Part shown: in pieces, positions 1 through 9,898 of the stretch
Numbering within the stretch: the stretch's first letter is position 1
Layout: every line of letters starts with the position of its first letter
Assembly: GCA_038326215.1 (NCBI GenBank)
Contig: JBBQJU010000003.1
Span: 1 to 36,924, forward strand
Length of the DNA stretch: 36,924 nucleotides
Direction of reading: 5' to 3'
Source: Gemmatimonadales bacterium
GTDB taxonomy: Bacteria; Gemmatimonadota; Gemmatimonadetes; Gemmatimonadales; GWC2-71-9
Program-made: the position numbers and the translations under genes
The notes under the pieces: model-generated
Seen by the model: only the letters and a program-made list of their open reading frames with translations
What the model was told of the DNA's origin: nothing
Database searches by the model: none

Positions 1-179
1 GGGGCAAGCCCCTCAATACGGGATGGCCACGGCGCGGATCACCTTTTCAGGACGCCACCGCCACACCGATCTTGGAAGGACATCGCCACGTGGCTTGTAC
101 GCACCGTGCAGTTAAGCCGAGTTGTCGATGTGCCACGGGACGTGCTTGCGTCGCACCAGCACGCCGGCAAGCCCGCCAC

Positions 180-356
180 CCTGTCGGTCGCTGCGGCTTC
201 GGGGCGGGTGTCGGCGTGCCGATGATGATCCGCTTCTGGGGTGGATTGCCCGAGGGCGTGATGTATGCGATCCTCTTGATGAACGCCTTGGTCCCCTTCA
301 TCTCCCGTGAGACTGAGCGGCGCGTGCCCGGTACTCGCCACAGGAGCCTGCCATGA
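180..356 (+). pseudogene. rnfD: 3' remnant of an RnfD/RsxD-type electron transport subunit D gene
   Basis: Translation GRCGFGAGVGVPMMIRFWGGLPEGVMYAILLMNALVPFI matches the RnfD C-terminal signature (IRxWGGxPEGVxYAILLMN). The in-frame upstream sequence is hydrophilic and lacks the expected GAFFMATDPVTSP segment. The stop overlaps the next ATG (ATGA, 353-356). Confidence 0.65.
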
Positions 357-1654
357 ACGGTCATGAGACCGCCTTTGCTGGTTCGTCCGTCGGCCCCGTG
401 CCGGTGGAGTTTCTCCTCTTCGGCCTCGTGCTGCTGGGCGTGGCAGTCTTCCACAAGCACACCATGCCGATCGCCATCACCGGGGCCATCGGGATCGCCC
501 TCTACAAGGTCGTGGCGTCGCCGTTTCGCACCGGCGCGGGGCTGAGCGGCTTCGTGCTGCATGTGGAGCATGAGTGGGTCATCCTGACCAACCTGCTGCT
601 GCTGCTGGTCGGCTTCGCCCTGCTGGCGAAGCAATTCGAGGACAGCAAGTTGCCCGCCGTCCTCCCCAACCTCCTCCCCGATGACTGGACCGGGGGCCTG
701 ATCCTGCTGGGTCTGGTCTTTGTGCTCTCAAGCTTCCTCGACAACATCGCGGCGGCAATGATCGGTGGCGCCGTCGCGCACACCGTCTTCAAGGGGAAGG
801 TCCACGTCGGCTATCTCGCTGCGATCGTGGCGGCGTCCAACGCTGGCGGCGCGGGCAGTGTGGTGGGAGATACCACGACGACGATGATGTGGATCGCGGG
901 AATCAGCCCGGCGCAAGTCGTGCACGCCTACGTCGGCTCCTTCGCCGCGCTCGTGGTCTGTTGTGTGCCCGCGTCAATCATCCAGCAGCGGTATGGGCCA
1001 ATCCAGACCGATGCCACGCCTGGCACACAGATCGATTGGGCGCGCGTTGCCGTGGTTGGCACGATGCTGGGTGCCGCCGTCACGGTCAACATCCTCGTCA
1101 ACACACGCTTCACCGAGATGTCCGACCGCTTTCCCTTCCTCGGCGCCGCGGTGTGGGGCGCACTGCTGCTGATGGCGGGCATCCGTGCCCCGGCGTGGCG
1201 ACTGGTGCCCGAGGCCGCTAAGAGCGCGGCATTCCTCCTCTCGCTGGTGCTCTGCGCTTCGATGATGCCGGTGGAACGGCTTCCCGTGGCCTCGTGGCAG
1301 TCGGCCTTCGGCCTCGGCTTCACCTCGGCGGTGTTCGACAACATTCCGCTCACCGCCTTGGCGCTCAAGCAGGGCGGCTATGACTGGGGCGTACTGGCCT
1401 ACGCGGTCGGCTTCGGCGGCTCGATGATCTGGTTCGGGTCGTCGGCTGGCGTGGCGCTGTCGAGTATGTACCCAGAGGCACGCTCGGCGTCGACCTGGCT
1501 GCGCCAGGGATGGTTCGTGGTCGTAGCCTACGTCGTGGGCTTCGTTGCGCTGATCACCCTCCTTGGCTTCCACCCCGGCAGTGTCCCACGTGGCAGCGAC
1601 GCGGCGCCGACGCAATCCACGATCGGCGCGCCCGGCCAGAGGCTCACTCCGTGA
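353..1654 (+). CDS. Ion-transporter (IT) superfamily permease, NhaD/ArsB/citrate-transporter-like
   Basis: 433 aa, about 11-12 hydrophobic segments, motifs SSFLDNIAAA, ASNAGGAGSVVGDTTTTM, SAVFDNIPL and GGSMIWFGSSAGVA. RBS AGGAG upstream of the ATG. Confidence 0.85.
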   Translation: MNGHETAFAGSSVGPVPVEFLLFGLVLLGVAVFHKHTMPIAITGAIGIALYKVVASPFRTGAGLSGFVLHVEHEWVILTNLLLLLVGFALLAKQFEDSKLPAVLPNLLPDDWTGGLILLGLVFVLSSFLDNIAAAMIGGAVAHTVFKGKVHVGYLAAIVAASNAGGAGSVVGDTTTTMMWIAGISPAQVVHAYVGSFAALVVCCVPASIIQQRYGPIQTDATPGTQIDWARVAVVGTMLGAAVTVNILVNTRFTEMSDRFPFLGAAVWGALLLMAGIRAPAWRLVPEAAKSAAFLLSLVLCASMMPVERLPVASWQSAFGLGFTSAVFDNIPLTALALKQGGYDWGVLAYAVGFGGSMIWFGSSAGVALSSMYPEARSASTWLRQGWFVVVAYVVGFVALITLLGFHPGSVPRGSDAAPTQSTIGAPGQRLTP

Positions 1655-1771
1655 CGAGCGCTCCTTCGTAGGACACGGGCGTGCCTGCGACCGTCCGGTT
1701 CAGTTGCTGATCCCCGAGAATCATGCCGCAGGACGCTATCTTCCGTGCTCCCGATGGACCCGGAGCACACC

Positions 1772-4489
1772 ATGACCGCCCGCCGTTCGCTCGTCCTGTT
1801 CGTCCTGCTCTTTGTGGTGGTCGCGATCGCGTGGCCGTCCTTCAGCACGGCCCTCTCGGACTGGTGGTGGTTCGAGGAAGTCGGGTATCAGGTGATTTTC
1901 ACCAAGGAGATCATCGCGCGCTCCGCGCTCTTCCTGCTGGTGGGTGGCCTCACCACGGCCGTGGTGTACGGCAACCTTCGCGTGGTGCGGCAGGGCCTCC
2001 ATCCGTTGCCCTTCGCGGTGCAGCTCGGCCCGAACATGCCGCCGATCAATCTCTCGGCGATCCTTCGGCGCGTGTCGCTCCCGGTGGCGCTCTTCCTTGG
2101 CTTCCTCTTCGGGAGCAGCGGGGCAGCGTCATGGGAGACGGCGCTGTTGGCGCTCAACCGGACGCCCTTCGGCAGCATCGACCCGGTCTTCCAGCGCGAC
2201 ATCTCCTACTACGTCTTCCTGCTCCCGGCGATCAGCGGCGTGCTCTCGATCCTCGCGGGGCTGGCCATCGTCACGCTGCTGCTCCTCTTCCCGGCCTACC
2301 TGCTCCGGGGCGACATCACCTTCACGCCCCCGCGCGCGATCGGGATGCGGATCGAGGCGTCACGTCACGTCGGCATCGTCCTGGGCGCCCTCTTCCTGCT
2401 GTGGGCACTCCAGCTCTGGTTCGTTGATGCGCCGGGACTGCTCTACTCGACGACCGGCCCCCTGGTCGGCGCCAGCTACACCGACCTGCACGCCTCGCTC
2501 CCGGCCATCCGCCTCGCGGCGATCGCCGCGCTCTTCGCCGCAGGGCTGGTGATCCTCGGCGGCCGGCAGGGGCATCTCGGGAAGTATCTGGTCCGTGTCC
2601 TGGGCGGGTGGGTCCTGCTGGCGATCGTGACGCGCGGTCTCTTCCCGCTCGCGATCCAGAAGTTGATCGTGGCGCCGACCGAGCTGACGCGCGAGGCGCC
2701 GTATCTGCAGGCGCACATCGCGGCGACGCGCGCGGCGTGGGGCATCGACTCGGTCGAGTCCAGCGAACTCGCCGAGGGCGGCTCGCTGGCACTCGCCGAC
2801 ATCCAGCGTAACGCGCCCACCATCGACAACGTCCGTCTCTGGGACCGCGACCCGCTGCTGCAGACCTTCGGCCAGCTGCAGGAGATCCGGACCTACTACG
2901 ACTTTCTCTCGGTCGACGACGACCGGTACCGCATCGACGGCAAGCTGCGGCAAGTCCTACTCTCGCCCCGCGAGTTGAACGCGGCCTCCCTGCCGACGCG
3001 AACCTTCATCAACGAACACCTGACCTTCACGCACGGCATGGGGCTGACCCTCGGCCCGGTCAATCAAATCACGACCGAGGGATTGCCGGTCCTCTTCATC
3101 AAGGACCTGCCACCGGCCTCGAGTGTCTCGCTCACCATCAGCCGGCCACAGATCTATTACGGCGAGATGAACTACGACTTTGCCGTGGTGGGCACGGCGC
3201 AGCGGGAGTTCGACCATCCGGCAGGCGAAGAGAACGTCTACGCCGCGTATGCCGGGACTGGCGGCGTACCGATCGGATCCTTCTGGCGTCGTCTGGTGCT
3301 GGCGTCGCGGTTCCAGACGTCGAAGTTGCTCCTTTCGGGCGACATCACCAACGCCTCGAGAGTCCTCTATCTCCGGAACATCAGAGACCGGGTGGAGAAG
3401 GCGCTCCCCTTCCTCTCGCTCGATCGAGATCCCTACATGGTGGTGGGGACCGACGGTCATCTTGACTGGATTCTTGATGCCTACACGACGACCACGCGCT
3501 ATCCCTATTCGCAACGGCTGTCGAATGGCACCAACTACATGCGCAATAGCGTGAAGGTGGTCGTCGATGCCTATGATGGCTCGATCCACGCCTACGTCAC
3601 GGAACCGACCGATCCGCTGATCCAGACCTGGAGTCGCATCTTCCCGGGCATTCTCCTCCCCATGGAGACGATGCCCGCCGACATCCGCGCCCACATCCGG
3701 TACCCGGACGATCTCTACCGCGTGCAGACAGCGCTCTATGCGACCTACCACATGGATTCTCCCGATGCGTTCTATCATCGCGAGGACCAGTGGGCGGTGC
3801 CGGAGATGGAGGAGGGGTCCAGTGGCGCGGTACCGTTCATGCGCCACATCGTGATGCGGCTGCCAGGTGAACAGGAAGCGGAGTTCGTCTACATGGTACC
3901 GTTCACACCGCGTGGCAAGGACAACCTCGCCGCATGGATGGTGGCGCGGAATGACGGCGCCGCCTACGGGAAACTGCGGGCATACACCTTCTCGCGGCAG
4001 AGCACGGTCTACGGCCCGACGCAGATCGAGAACCGGATCAACCAGGACACCGAGATCTCGCGGCAGGTCTCGCTCTGGGACCAGCGGGGCAGCAAGGTGC
4101 TCCGCGGGGATCTGCTGGTGATCCCGATCGAGAACTCGCTGCTCTACGTCCAGCCACTCTACTTGCAGGCCGAAGGCGGCAAGATCCCCGAGTTGAAGCG
4201 GGTGGTGGTCGCGTACCAGACGCGCGTGGTGATGGATGAATCGCTCGACGGCGCCCTGAACACGCTCTTCGGTGGCGGGGGCGCCGAGCGCATCACCTCC
4301 GACGCGCCGGCGGCGGTCGCAGGGGCCCCGGTGACGACCACGACGACTTCACCGACGTCGCAGGCGCTCCTCGCCGAGGCCCAGCGCCACTACGAGGCGG
4401 CGATGACCGCGCAGCGTAACGGCAACTGGGCCAAGTACGGCGAGGAGATCAAGGCGCTCGGGCAGGTGCTGGCGCAGTTGCGACGCTGA
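1772..4489 (+). CDS. UPF0182 family membrane protein
   Basis: WWWFEEVGY, DPVFQRDISYYVF, NVRLWD, DDDRY, HLTFTHGMG, PQIYYGE, NYMRNSVKVVVDAYDG, FYHREDQW and LLYVQPLYL are characteristic of UPF0182. Start placed at ATG 1772 behind GGAG (the ORF track starts at 1745). Confidence 0.92.
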   Translation: MTARRSLVLFVLLFVVVAIAWPSFSTALSDWWWFEEVGYQVIFTKEIIARSALFLLVGGLTTAVVYGNLRVVRQGLHPLPFAVQLGPNMPPINLSAILRRVSLPVALFLGFLFGSSGAASWETALLALNRTPFGSIDPVFQRDISYYVFLLPAISGVLSILAGLAIVTLLLLFPAYLLRGDITFTPPRAIGMRIEASRHVGIVLGALFLLWALQLWFVDAPGLLYSTTGPLVGASYTDLHASLPAIRLAAIAALFAAGLVILGGRQGHLGKYLVRVLGGWVLLAIVTRGLFPLAIQKLIVAPTELTREAPYLQAHIAATRAAWGIDSVESSELAEGGSLALADIQRNAPTIDNVRLWDRDPLLQTFGQLQEIRTYYDFLSVDDDRYRIDGKLRQVLLSPRELNAASLPTRTFINEHLTFTHGMGLTLGPVNQITTEGLPVLFIKDLPPASSVSLTISRPQIYYGEMNYDFAVVGTAQREFDHPAGEENVYAAYAGTGGVPIGSFWRRLVLASRFQTSKLLLSGDITNASRVLYLRNIRDRVEKALPFLSLDRDPYMVVGTDGHLDWILDAYTTTTRYPYSQRLSNGTNYMRNSVKVVVDAYDGSIHAYVTEPTDPLIQTWSRIFPGILLPMETMPADIRAHIRYPDDLYRVQTALYATYHMDSPDAFYHREDQWAVPEMEEGSSGAVPFMRHIVMRLPGEQEAEFVYMVPFTPRGKDNLAAWMVARNDGAAYGKLRAYTFSRQSTVYGPTQIENRINQDTEISRQVSLWDQRGSKVLRGDLLVIPIENSLLYVQPLYLQAEGGKIPELKRVVVAYQTRVVMDESLDGALNTLFGGGGAERITSDAPAAVAGAPVTTTTTSPTSQALLAEAQRHYEAAMTAQRNGNWAKYGEEIKALGQVLAQLRR

Positions 4490-4495
4490 TTCGCC

Positions 4496-6406
4496 CTACG
4501 GTCTGGCGTTATTCCCCCGATCCGTGTCCGGCAGTGCGCCGCGCGGATCGAGGGTCGCGCGCATCACCTGCTTGGTCCCAGGCACCCGATAGGTGAAGCG
4601 CTGGCCGAGATTCCACATCTCGACGGGAAGGCGGAGGGTGATCGAGCTCCCGTCGCTGAAGGCCAGGGCGAGCTGCGCCGGCATCGTCATCGTGCCGCGG
4701 TTGCTGAGGTGCACGTTCGAGCCACCATCGGGGCGGACCGAGATCGAATCGACCGCCTGATCGAGCCGCGCCGTCGTGAAGACCCAGTCGCGCCAGAACC
4801 AGTCGAGCTCCATGCCGGAGGCATCGCGCATGATCCGGAAGAAGTCGGTCGGCGTCGGATGCTTGTAGGCCCAGGCACGGATGTATTCGCGGAAGGCGGC
4901 ATCGAAGCGCTCGCGGCCGAGGACTTCATCGCGAAGCAGCGAAAGCATCAAGGCCGGCTTCTGGTAGCCGGTCCAGAAGAGGTCGCGCACTGAGGTCGGC
5001 TTGGTGATCATCGGCTGCTCGCTCCCGGGCGTGGTGTGCAGCGCCGCGAGGTGGAGCGGATGCACCTCGATCGAGTCGCCGTAGGCCGTGCCACGGAAGT
5101 AGTTGGCGCTGTTGGCGAGATCGATGAAGGTGTTGAAGCCCTCGTCCATCCACGGGTAGAGCCGTTCGTTGGACCCGACGATCATCGGGAACCACTGGTG
5201 GCCGAACTCATGCGCGACCACCCACTGGAGCTCCTCGCGGGTGGGTGAGTTGGGCACGAAGGTCAGCATTGGGTACTCCATCCCTTCGATCGGCCCCTCC
5301 ACCGTCGTGGCATGACTCCAGGGATAGCGATACCACTGCTCGCTGAAGTGCTTGATCGCCTCGTGCGACATCCGATTCGCCTCGGTCCACGCCTCGGCCC
5401 GAGGCCGGTAGAGCGTCTCGATCAGGATGCCATCGTAGCCACTGGCGTCCCAGCGCAACTCGGGGCCGGCAGCAAAGGCGAAGTCGCGGACATTCCTCGC
5501 CGTGTAGCGCCAGGTGAGGGTGCCCTCGGTCTTGGGGCGACTCTTCGCTGGATTGCCCGCTTCCTCTCGGCTGACGATGGCGATCGCGGTGTCGGACCGG
5601 CGGGCGAGCGCGAGCCGCGCGCGCTGCGTGGCCGTCAGCACCTCGAGGGGATTCATCAGGTCACCGGTCGCCGCGATCAGGTGCGTTGCCGGCACCGTCA
5701 GCGCGACGTCGAAGTTGCCGTACTCGAGGTAGAACTCGCCGGCGCCGATGTAGGGCTCGTGATTCCAGCCGCGCACATCGTCATACACCACCATCCTCGG
5801 ATACCACTGGGCAATTTCGTAGAGCGCGCCGTCATGGCCCATCCGGCCGGCACCCTGCGCCGGCACCTTGAAGCGCCAGACCACCGCGAGGTCGAGCGAG
5901 TCGCCAGACGCCAGCGGCTTCGGCAACTCGACGCGGAGTGTGGTCCCGGAGCGACTCCGCTTCAGGTCGACTCCGCGGAGCGTCATCGACTCAAGTTGCC
6001 CGCCGCCGGCGAAGCCCTGGCAGGAGAAATCGAAGCTCGAGCCGAGGAAGACCAGCGGCGGCTGGTTCAGGAGATTGGTGACGGAGGCCGGGTCGCAGAT
6101 GTTCTGCTCGACGAAGAGCCAGAGATACGGCAACGCATCGGGGGAGTGGTTGACGTAGTGGATCGTCTCCTGGCCGCGCACCTCGTTAGCCGCCGGGTCG
6201 AGCGTGGCACGGATCCGATAGTCCACCCGCTGCTGCCAGTAGCGCGGGCCAGGGCGCCCTGAGCCACTGCGATACTCGTTCGGTGCCGGGAGGTTCAGCG
6301 GCCGGAACGGCGAGGAGTCGGCGACGGCGAGGCCGGACTGGGCAGCCAGCGGCGCGGCAGCGACCAGCAACGCGGCGGCCAGCAGGAGGGGGCTACGCGA
6401 CGGCAT
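4496..6406 (-). CDS. Secreted M1-family zinc metallopeptidase (aminopeptidase N-like)
   Basis: GMEYP motif, HEFGH (HExxH) and downstream WMDEG glutamate. Signal peptide MPSRSPLLLAAALLVAAAPLAA|Q. Start at ATG 6406 with GGAG RBS; the longer ORF-track start runs through intergenic repeats. Confidence 0.92.
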   Translation of the reverse strand: MPSRSPLLLAAALLVAAAPLAAQSGLAVADSSPFRPLNLPAPNEYRSGSGRPGPRYWQQRVDYRIRATLDPAANEVRGQETIHYVNHSPDALPYLWLFVEQNICDPASVTNLLNQPPLVFLGSSFDFSCQGFAGGGQLESMTLRGVDLKRSRSGTTLRVELPKPLASGDSLDLAVVWRFKVPAQGAGRMGHDGALYEIAQWYPRMVVYDDVRGWNHEPYIGAGEFYLEYGNFDVALTVPATHLIAATGDLMNPLEVLTATQRARLALARRSDTAIAIVSREEAGNPAKSRPKTEGTLTWRYTARNVRDFAFAAGPELRWDASGYDGILIETLYRPRAEAWTEANRMSHEAIKHFSEQWYRYPWSHATTVEGPIEGMEYPMLTFVPNSPTREELQWVVAHEFGHQWFPMIVGSNERLYPWMDEGFNTFIDLANSANYFRGTAYGDSIEVHPLHLAALHTTPGSEQPMITKPTSVRDLFWTGYQKPALMLSLLRDEVLGRERFDAAFREYIRAWAYKHPTPTDFFRIMRDASGMELDWFWRDWVFTTARLDQAVDSISVRPDGGSNVHLSNRGTMTMPAQLALAFSDGSSITLRLPVEMWNLGQRFTYRVPGTKQVMRATLDPRGALPDTDRGNNARP

Positions 6407-6444
6407 GGCGACTCCAGGTGCGTGGGGGTGCGTCAAGCATAGCG

Positions 6445-6584
6445 GGTGAACGGTGAACGGTGAACGGTGAACGGTGAACGGTGGCGCGGCCCTAGGCCGC
6501 GCCGGGTGAGGAGTGAGGAGGAATGCGCCCCCTGACCCCTCACCCCTCACCAGCCTGCGCCCGTTCACCGTTCACCGTTCACCC
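6445..6584. repeat. Intergenic inverted heptamer tandem repeats with nested hairpins
   Basis: (GGTGAAC)x5 at 6445-6479 and its reverse complement (GTTCACC)x3 at 6563-6583. Between them are a perfect 9-bp inverted repeat GGCGCGGCC-cta-GGCCGCGCC (6483-6503) and GGGTGAGGAGTGAGG / CCCCTGACCCCTCACCC arms. Confidence 0.9.
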
Positions 6585-6634
6585 GATTTCGCCGTATCTT
6601 CCATCTCCCCCACGCCCCACCCGGAGATCGTCTC

Positions 6635-9600
6635 GTGCGCGCTTCCGCGTCCCGCCTCACGCTCGTGGCCTGTTCGCTGCTCGCCCTTCCCGCCCTGCTC
6701 CCCGCCCAGTCGCCCGATCCGGCGGCGGCGATGCACTGGCGATCAATCGGACCTGTCCGCGCTGGCCGGGGGCGGTCGATGGTCGGCGTGCCGACACAGC
6801 CGAACGTCTTCTACGCCGGCTTCGACAACGGCGGCGTCTGGCGGACCACCGACTTCGGCTCGACCTGGAAGCCGCTCTTCGACACGGAGTCGACCGGCTC
6901 GATCGGGGCGATCGCCGTGGCCCCGTCGAACCCCAGCATCCTCTACGTCGGCACGGGCGCCGGAATCATCCGTCCCGACCTCGCGGTGGGCGACGGGATG
7001 TACCGCTCGAGCGATGCCGGGAAGACGTGGACCCATCTCGGGCTGCGCGAGAGCCAGATGATCGCGTGGGTGGACGTGGATCCGAAGAATCCCGAGCGAC
7101 TCTTCGTCGCCGCCCTCGGCCACCCGTACGGCCCCAATGCAGAACGTGGCATCTTCCGCTCGACCGATGGCGGCGCCTCGTTCCAGAAGGTGCTCTACAA
7201 GGACGAATACACCAGCGCAAACGATGTGCGGATCGATCCAACCGATCCGAACGTGGTGTATGCGGCCCTCTGGCAACAGCAACAGCAGTTCATCGAAGGG
7301 CGCGAGTTCAGCGGCCCCGGCGGCGGGATCTTCAAGTCCACTGACGGCGGCACCACCTGGCGCCAGCTGACCGAGGGGCTCCCCACCGTCGGACAGGCCA
7401 ATCTCGCCCTCGCGCCGAGCAACCATCTCGTCCTCTATGCGACGGTGGCACCGGCGGCTGGTGCCGCGCCGGCCGGCGGCGGTGGTGGACGTGGCGGTGG
7501 GGCAGGCGCCATCACGCTCTTCAAGTCAGTCGATGGTGGTGAGCACTGGTTCCCGGCCCAGCGTGAGCCGAACGCCCCGGCTGGTGCGCCGGTGCCCACC
7601 GCCGACCCGCGGCCGCTCGGTCGGATCGGCGGCGGCGACCTCCCCACCATCACCGTCGACCCGACCAACGAGAACGTCGTCTATTCCGCATCGACGGTCT
7701 TCTGGCGCAGCGAAGACGGCGGTCGCAGCTGGGCCGCGGTCCGTGGCGCGCCGGGCGGCGACGATTACCAGCGGAGCTGGATCAACCCGCTCAACCCGAA
7801 TATCGTCGCCGTCATTGCCGACCAAGGCGCCGTGATCTCGGCCAATCGCGGGCAGAGTTGGAGCAACTGGTACACCCAGTCCACCGCCGCGATGTATCAC
7901 GTGACCGCCGACAACGCCTATCCCTATCGGCTCTGCGGCGGCCAGCAGGACTCCGGCTCGGCGTGCGTCGACAGCTGGTCCAGCGACGGCATCATCACCT
8001 TCCACGATTGGCACCCGGTCAATATCCAGGAATACGGGATCGCGGCGCCCGACCCGCGGAATCCCGACATCGTCTTCGGCAGCTCGCGGAGTAACGTCAC
8101 GCGGTATGACCGGAAGACGGGGCAAACCACCAATGTCGGCCCTGACATGACCGGCTTCAATCGCAACGTGCGGACGATGCCGCTGATGTTCTCGCCCGTG
8201 AACCCCGACGTCCTCTTCTACGCCTCGAACGCGGTCTGGAAGACGCTCGATCGCGGCCACCGTTGGACCCGCATTTCCCCTGACCTCACCCGGCAGACGT
8301 GGGAAGTGCCGGCCACCGCCGGGAAGTACGCCTCCACCGTGACGCCAGCGCCGCTCGGCACGATCACCGCCCTCTCCGCGTCGCCGCGCGCCGTCGGCAT
8401 CATCTGGGCCGGCACGGATGACGGGCAGATCCAGGTCACCATGAATGGCGGCACGACGTGGAGCAACGTCACGCCGGCGGCCGTGAAGCCGTGGACCCGC
8501 ATCTTCAATATCGAGGCCGGGCACTTCGACAACCTGACCGCCTACGCCGCAGCCAATACCCTGCGGATCGACGACCTGAACCCGCACTTCCTGCGCACCC
8601 ACGACGGGGGCAGCACGTGGCAAGAGATCAACACCGGTGTGGCCGCCGGCGTGGTCGTCAACTCGATCCGAGAAGATCCCCGAGTGAAGGGACTGCTCTA
8701 CGGCGCGACCGACACGCAGATCTGGGTTTCGTTCGACGATGGCGACCACTGGCAGTCACTCCGGCTCGACATGCCGGCGATTTCGGTGCGCGACATCAAA
8801 GTGAAGGACGACTCGACCTGTCACTGTGCCGACTTGGTCGCGGGAACGCACGGCCGCGGCTTCTATATCCTCGACAACCTTACCCCGCTCCGCGAGGCGG
8901 CGGCGCTGCGCCAGGCCGCGGCGACGCAGTCGGCACATCTGGTGAAACCGATGACGGCGGTGCGGCTCCGCAACTTCATCAACGACCCGACGCCGTGGCC
9001 GCCCGAGGTGCCGGCCGGGGAGAGCGGCCCCGTGGGCGCGGTCCTCGACTACTTCCTGCCGAAGGCAGCGAGCGGGCCGGTGACGCTGGAGATCCTCGAA
9101 CCGACCGGTGCGGTGGTGCGGACCTACTCCAGCACCGACCCGATCCTCAATCCCGACCCGGTGCGTGACCCAGCGGAATACGTTGCGCTCTGTCAGCGTA
9201 CGCCAAACGCCCAGCATTGCGCCTTCCCGCTCTACTGGCCCGCGGCGTCGGTGGCGCTCTCGGCGGAGGCGGGAATGCATCGCTGGCTCTGGGACATGCA
9301 CTACGACGCGATCGCCCCTGGTGGTGGTGGGTCGACGGGCGCCGTGCCCGGCCGGATGTCGACGGTGGTGAACGCACCCTGGGCACCGCCCGGCAAGTAC
9401 CTCGTGCGACTCACGGTCGACGGCAAGCAGTTCACCCAACCGCTCACGCTGCGCCTTGATCCGCGCGTGACGACGCCGGCACCGGCGCTGACGCAGCTCT
9501 TCACGACGACGCGCACGTTGCGCAGTAAAGCCGTCGCGGCGCGCGCGGCGTGGACCGAGGCCCGCGCCCTCTCCGTGTCGCTGGCCCAGGCGGGGACTCC

Positions 9601-9898
9601 GGCCGCGGCCGCGCTCAAGGCGATGGTCGATTCCCTCGCACCGGCGCCAGCCGCAGGTGGTGCTGGAGGCGGTCGGGGCGGTGCTGGTGGTGGACGTGGT
9701 GGCGCCGGCGGAGGGGCAACGCCACCCGCCACGCTGGATGGGGTGAGCAATGCACTGCACAGCGCGGCGCTGGCGATGCAGGGCGCCGATGTGGCCCCCA
9801 CGGCAAATCAGCTCGCAGCAGCAGCGAAGGCCGAGCAGCAGTACATCGCCATCATGGCGCGGTGGACGGCACTGAAGGCCACCGCCCCGAAGCGATGA
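6635..9898 (+). CDS. Secreted VPS10/sortilin-like BNR (Asp-box) beta-propeller protein, putative glycosyl hydrolase
   Basis: Signal peptide, WRSIGP-x-RAGR start, many Asp-boxes (TTDFGSTW, SSDAGKTW, STDGGTTW, SEDGGRSW, SFDDGDHW), CGGQQDSG, GTHGRGF, C-terminal helical tail. Confidence 0.88.
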   Translation: MRASASRLTLVACSLLALPALLPAQSPDPAAAMHWRSIGPVRAGRGRSMVGVPTQPNVFYAGFDNGGVWRTTDFGSTWKPLFDTESTGSIGAIAVAPSNPSILYVGTGAGIIRPDLAVGDGMYRSSDAGKTWTHLGLRESQMIAWVDVDPKNPERLFVAALGHPYGPNAERGIFRSTDGGASFQKVLYKDEYTSANDVRIDPTDPNVVYAALWQQQQQFIEGREFSGPGGGIFKSTDGGTTWRQLTEGLPTVGQANLALAPSNHLVLYATVAPAAGAAPAGGGGGRGGGAGAITLFKSVDGGEHWFPAQREPNAPAGAPVPTADPRPLGRIGGGDLPTITVDPTNENVVYSASTVFWRSEDGGRSWAAVRGAPGGDDYQRSWINPLNPNIVAVIADQGAVISANRGQSWSNWYTQSTAAMYHVTADNAYPYRLCGGQQDSGSACVDSWSSDGIITFHDWHPVNIQEYGIAAPDPRNPDIVFGSSRSNVTRYDRKTGQTTNVGPDMTGFNRNVRTMPLMFSPVNPDVLFYASNAVWKTLDRGHRWTRISPDLTRQTWEVPATAGKYASTVTPAPLGTITALSASPRAVGIIWAGTDDGQIQVTMNGGTTWSNVTPAAVKPWTRIFNIEAGHFDNLTAYAAANTLRIDDLNPHFLRTHDGGSTWQEINTGVAAGVVVNSIREDPRVKGLLYGATDTQIWVSFDDGDHWQSLRLDMPAISVRDIKVKDDSTCHCADLVAGTHGRGFYILDNLTPLREAAALRQAAATQSAHLVKPMTAVRLRNFINDPTPWPPEVPAGESGPVGAVLDYFLPKAASGPVTLEILEPTGAVVRTYSSTDPILNPDPVRDPAEYVALCQRTPNAQHCAFPLYWPAASVALSAEAGMHRWLWDMHYDAIAPGGGGSTGAVPGRMSTVVNAPWAPPGKYLVRLTVDGKQFTQPLTLRLDPRVTTPAPALTQLFTTTRTLRSKAVAARAAWTEARALSVSLAQAGTPAAAALKAMVDSLAPAPAAGGAGGGRGGAGGGRGGAGGGATPPATLDGVSNALHSAALAMQGADVAPTANQLAAAAKAEQQYIAIMARWTALKATAPKR

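Noticed and set aside
80-155. Possible sigma-54 promoter (GCCACG..TTG / GGGACGTGCTTGC)
   Set aside because: Neither candidate has the required GG-N10-GC spacing.
6407-6568. N-terminal extension of the M1 peptidase ORF (FTVHRSPFTVH)
   Set aside because: It is a translation of the intergenic heptamer repeats; the signal peptide and RBS point to 6406.
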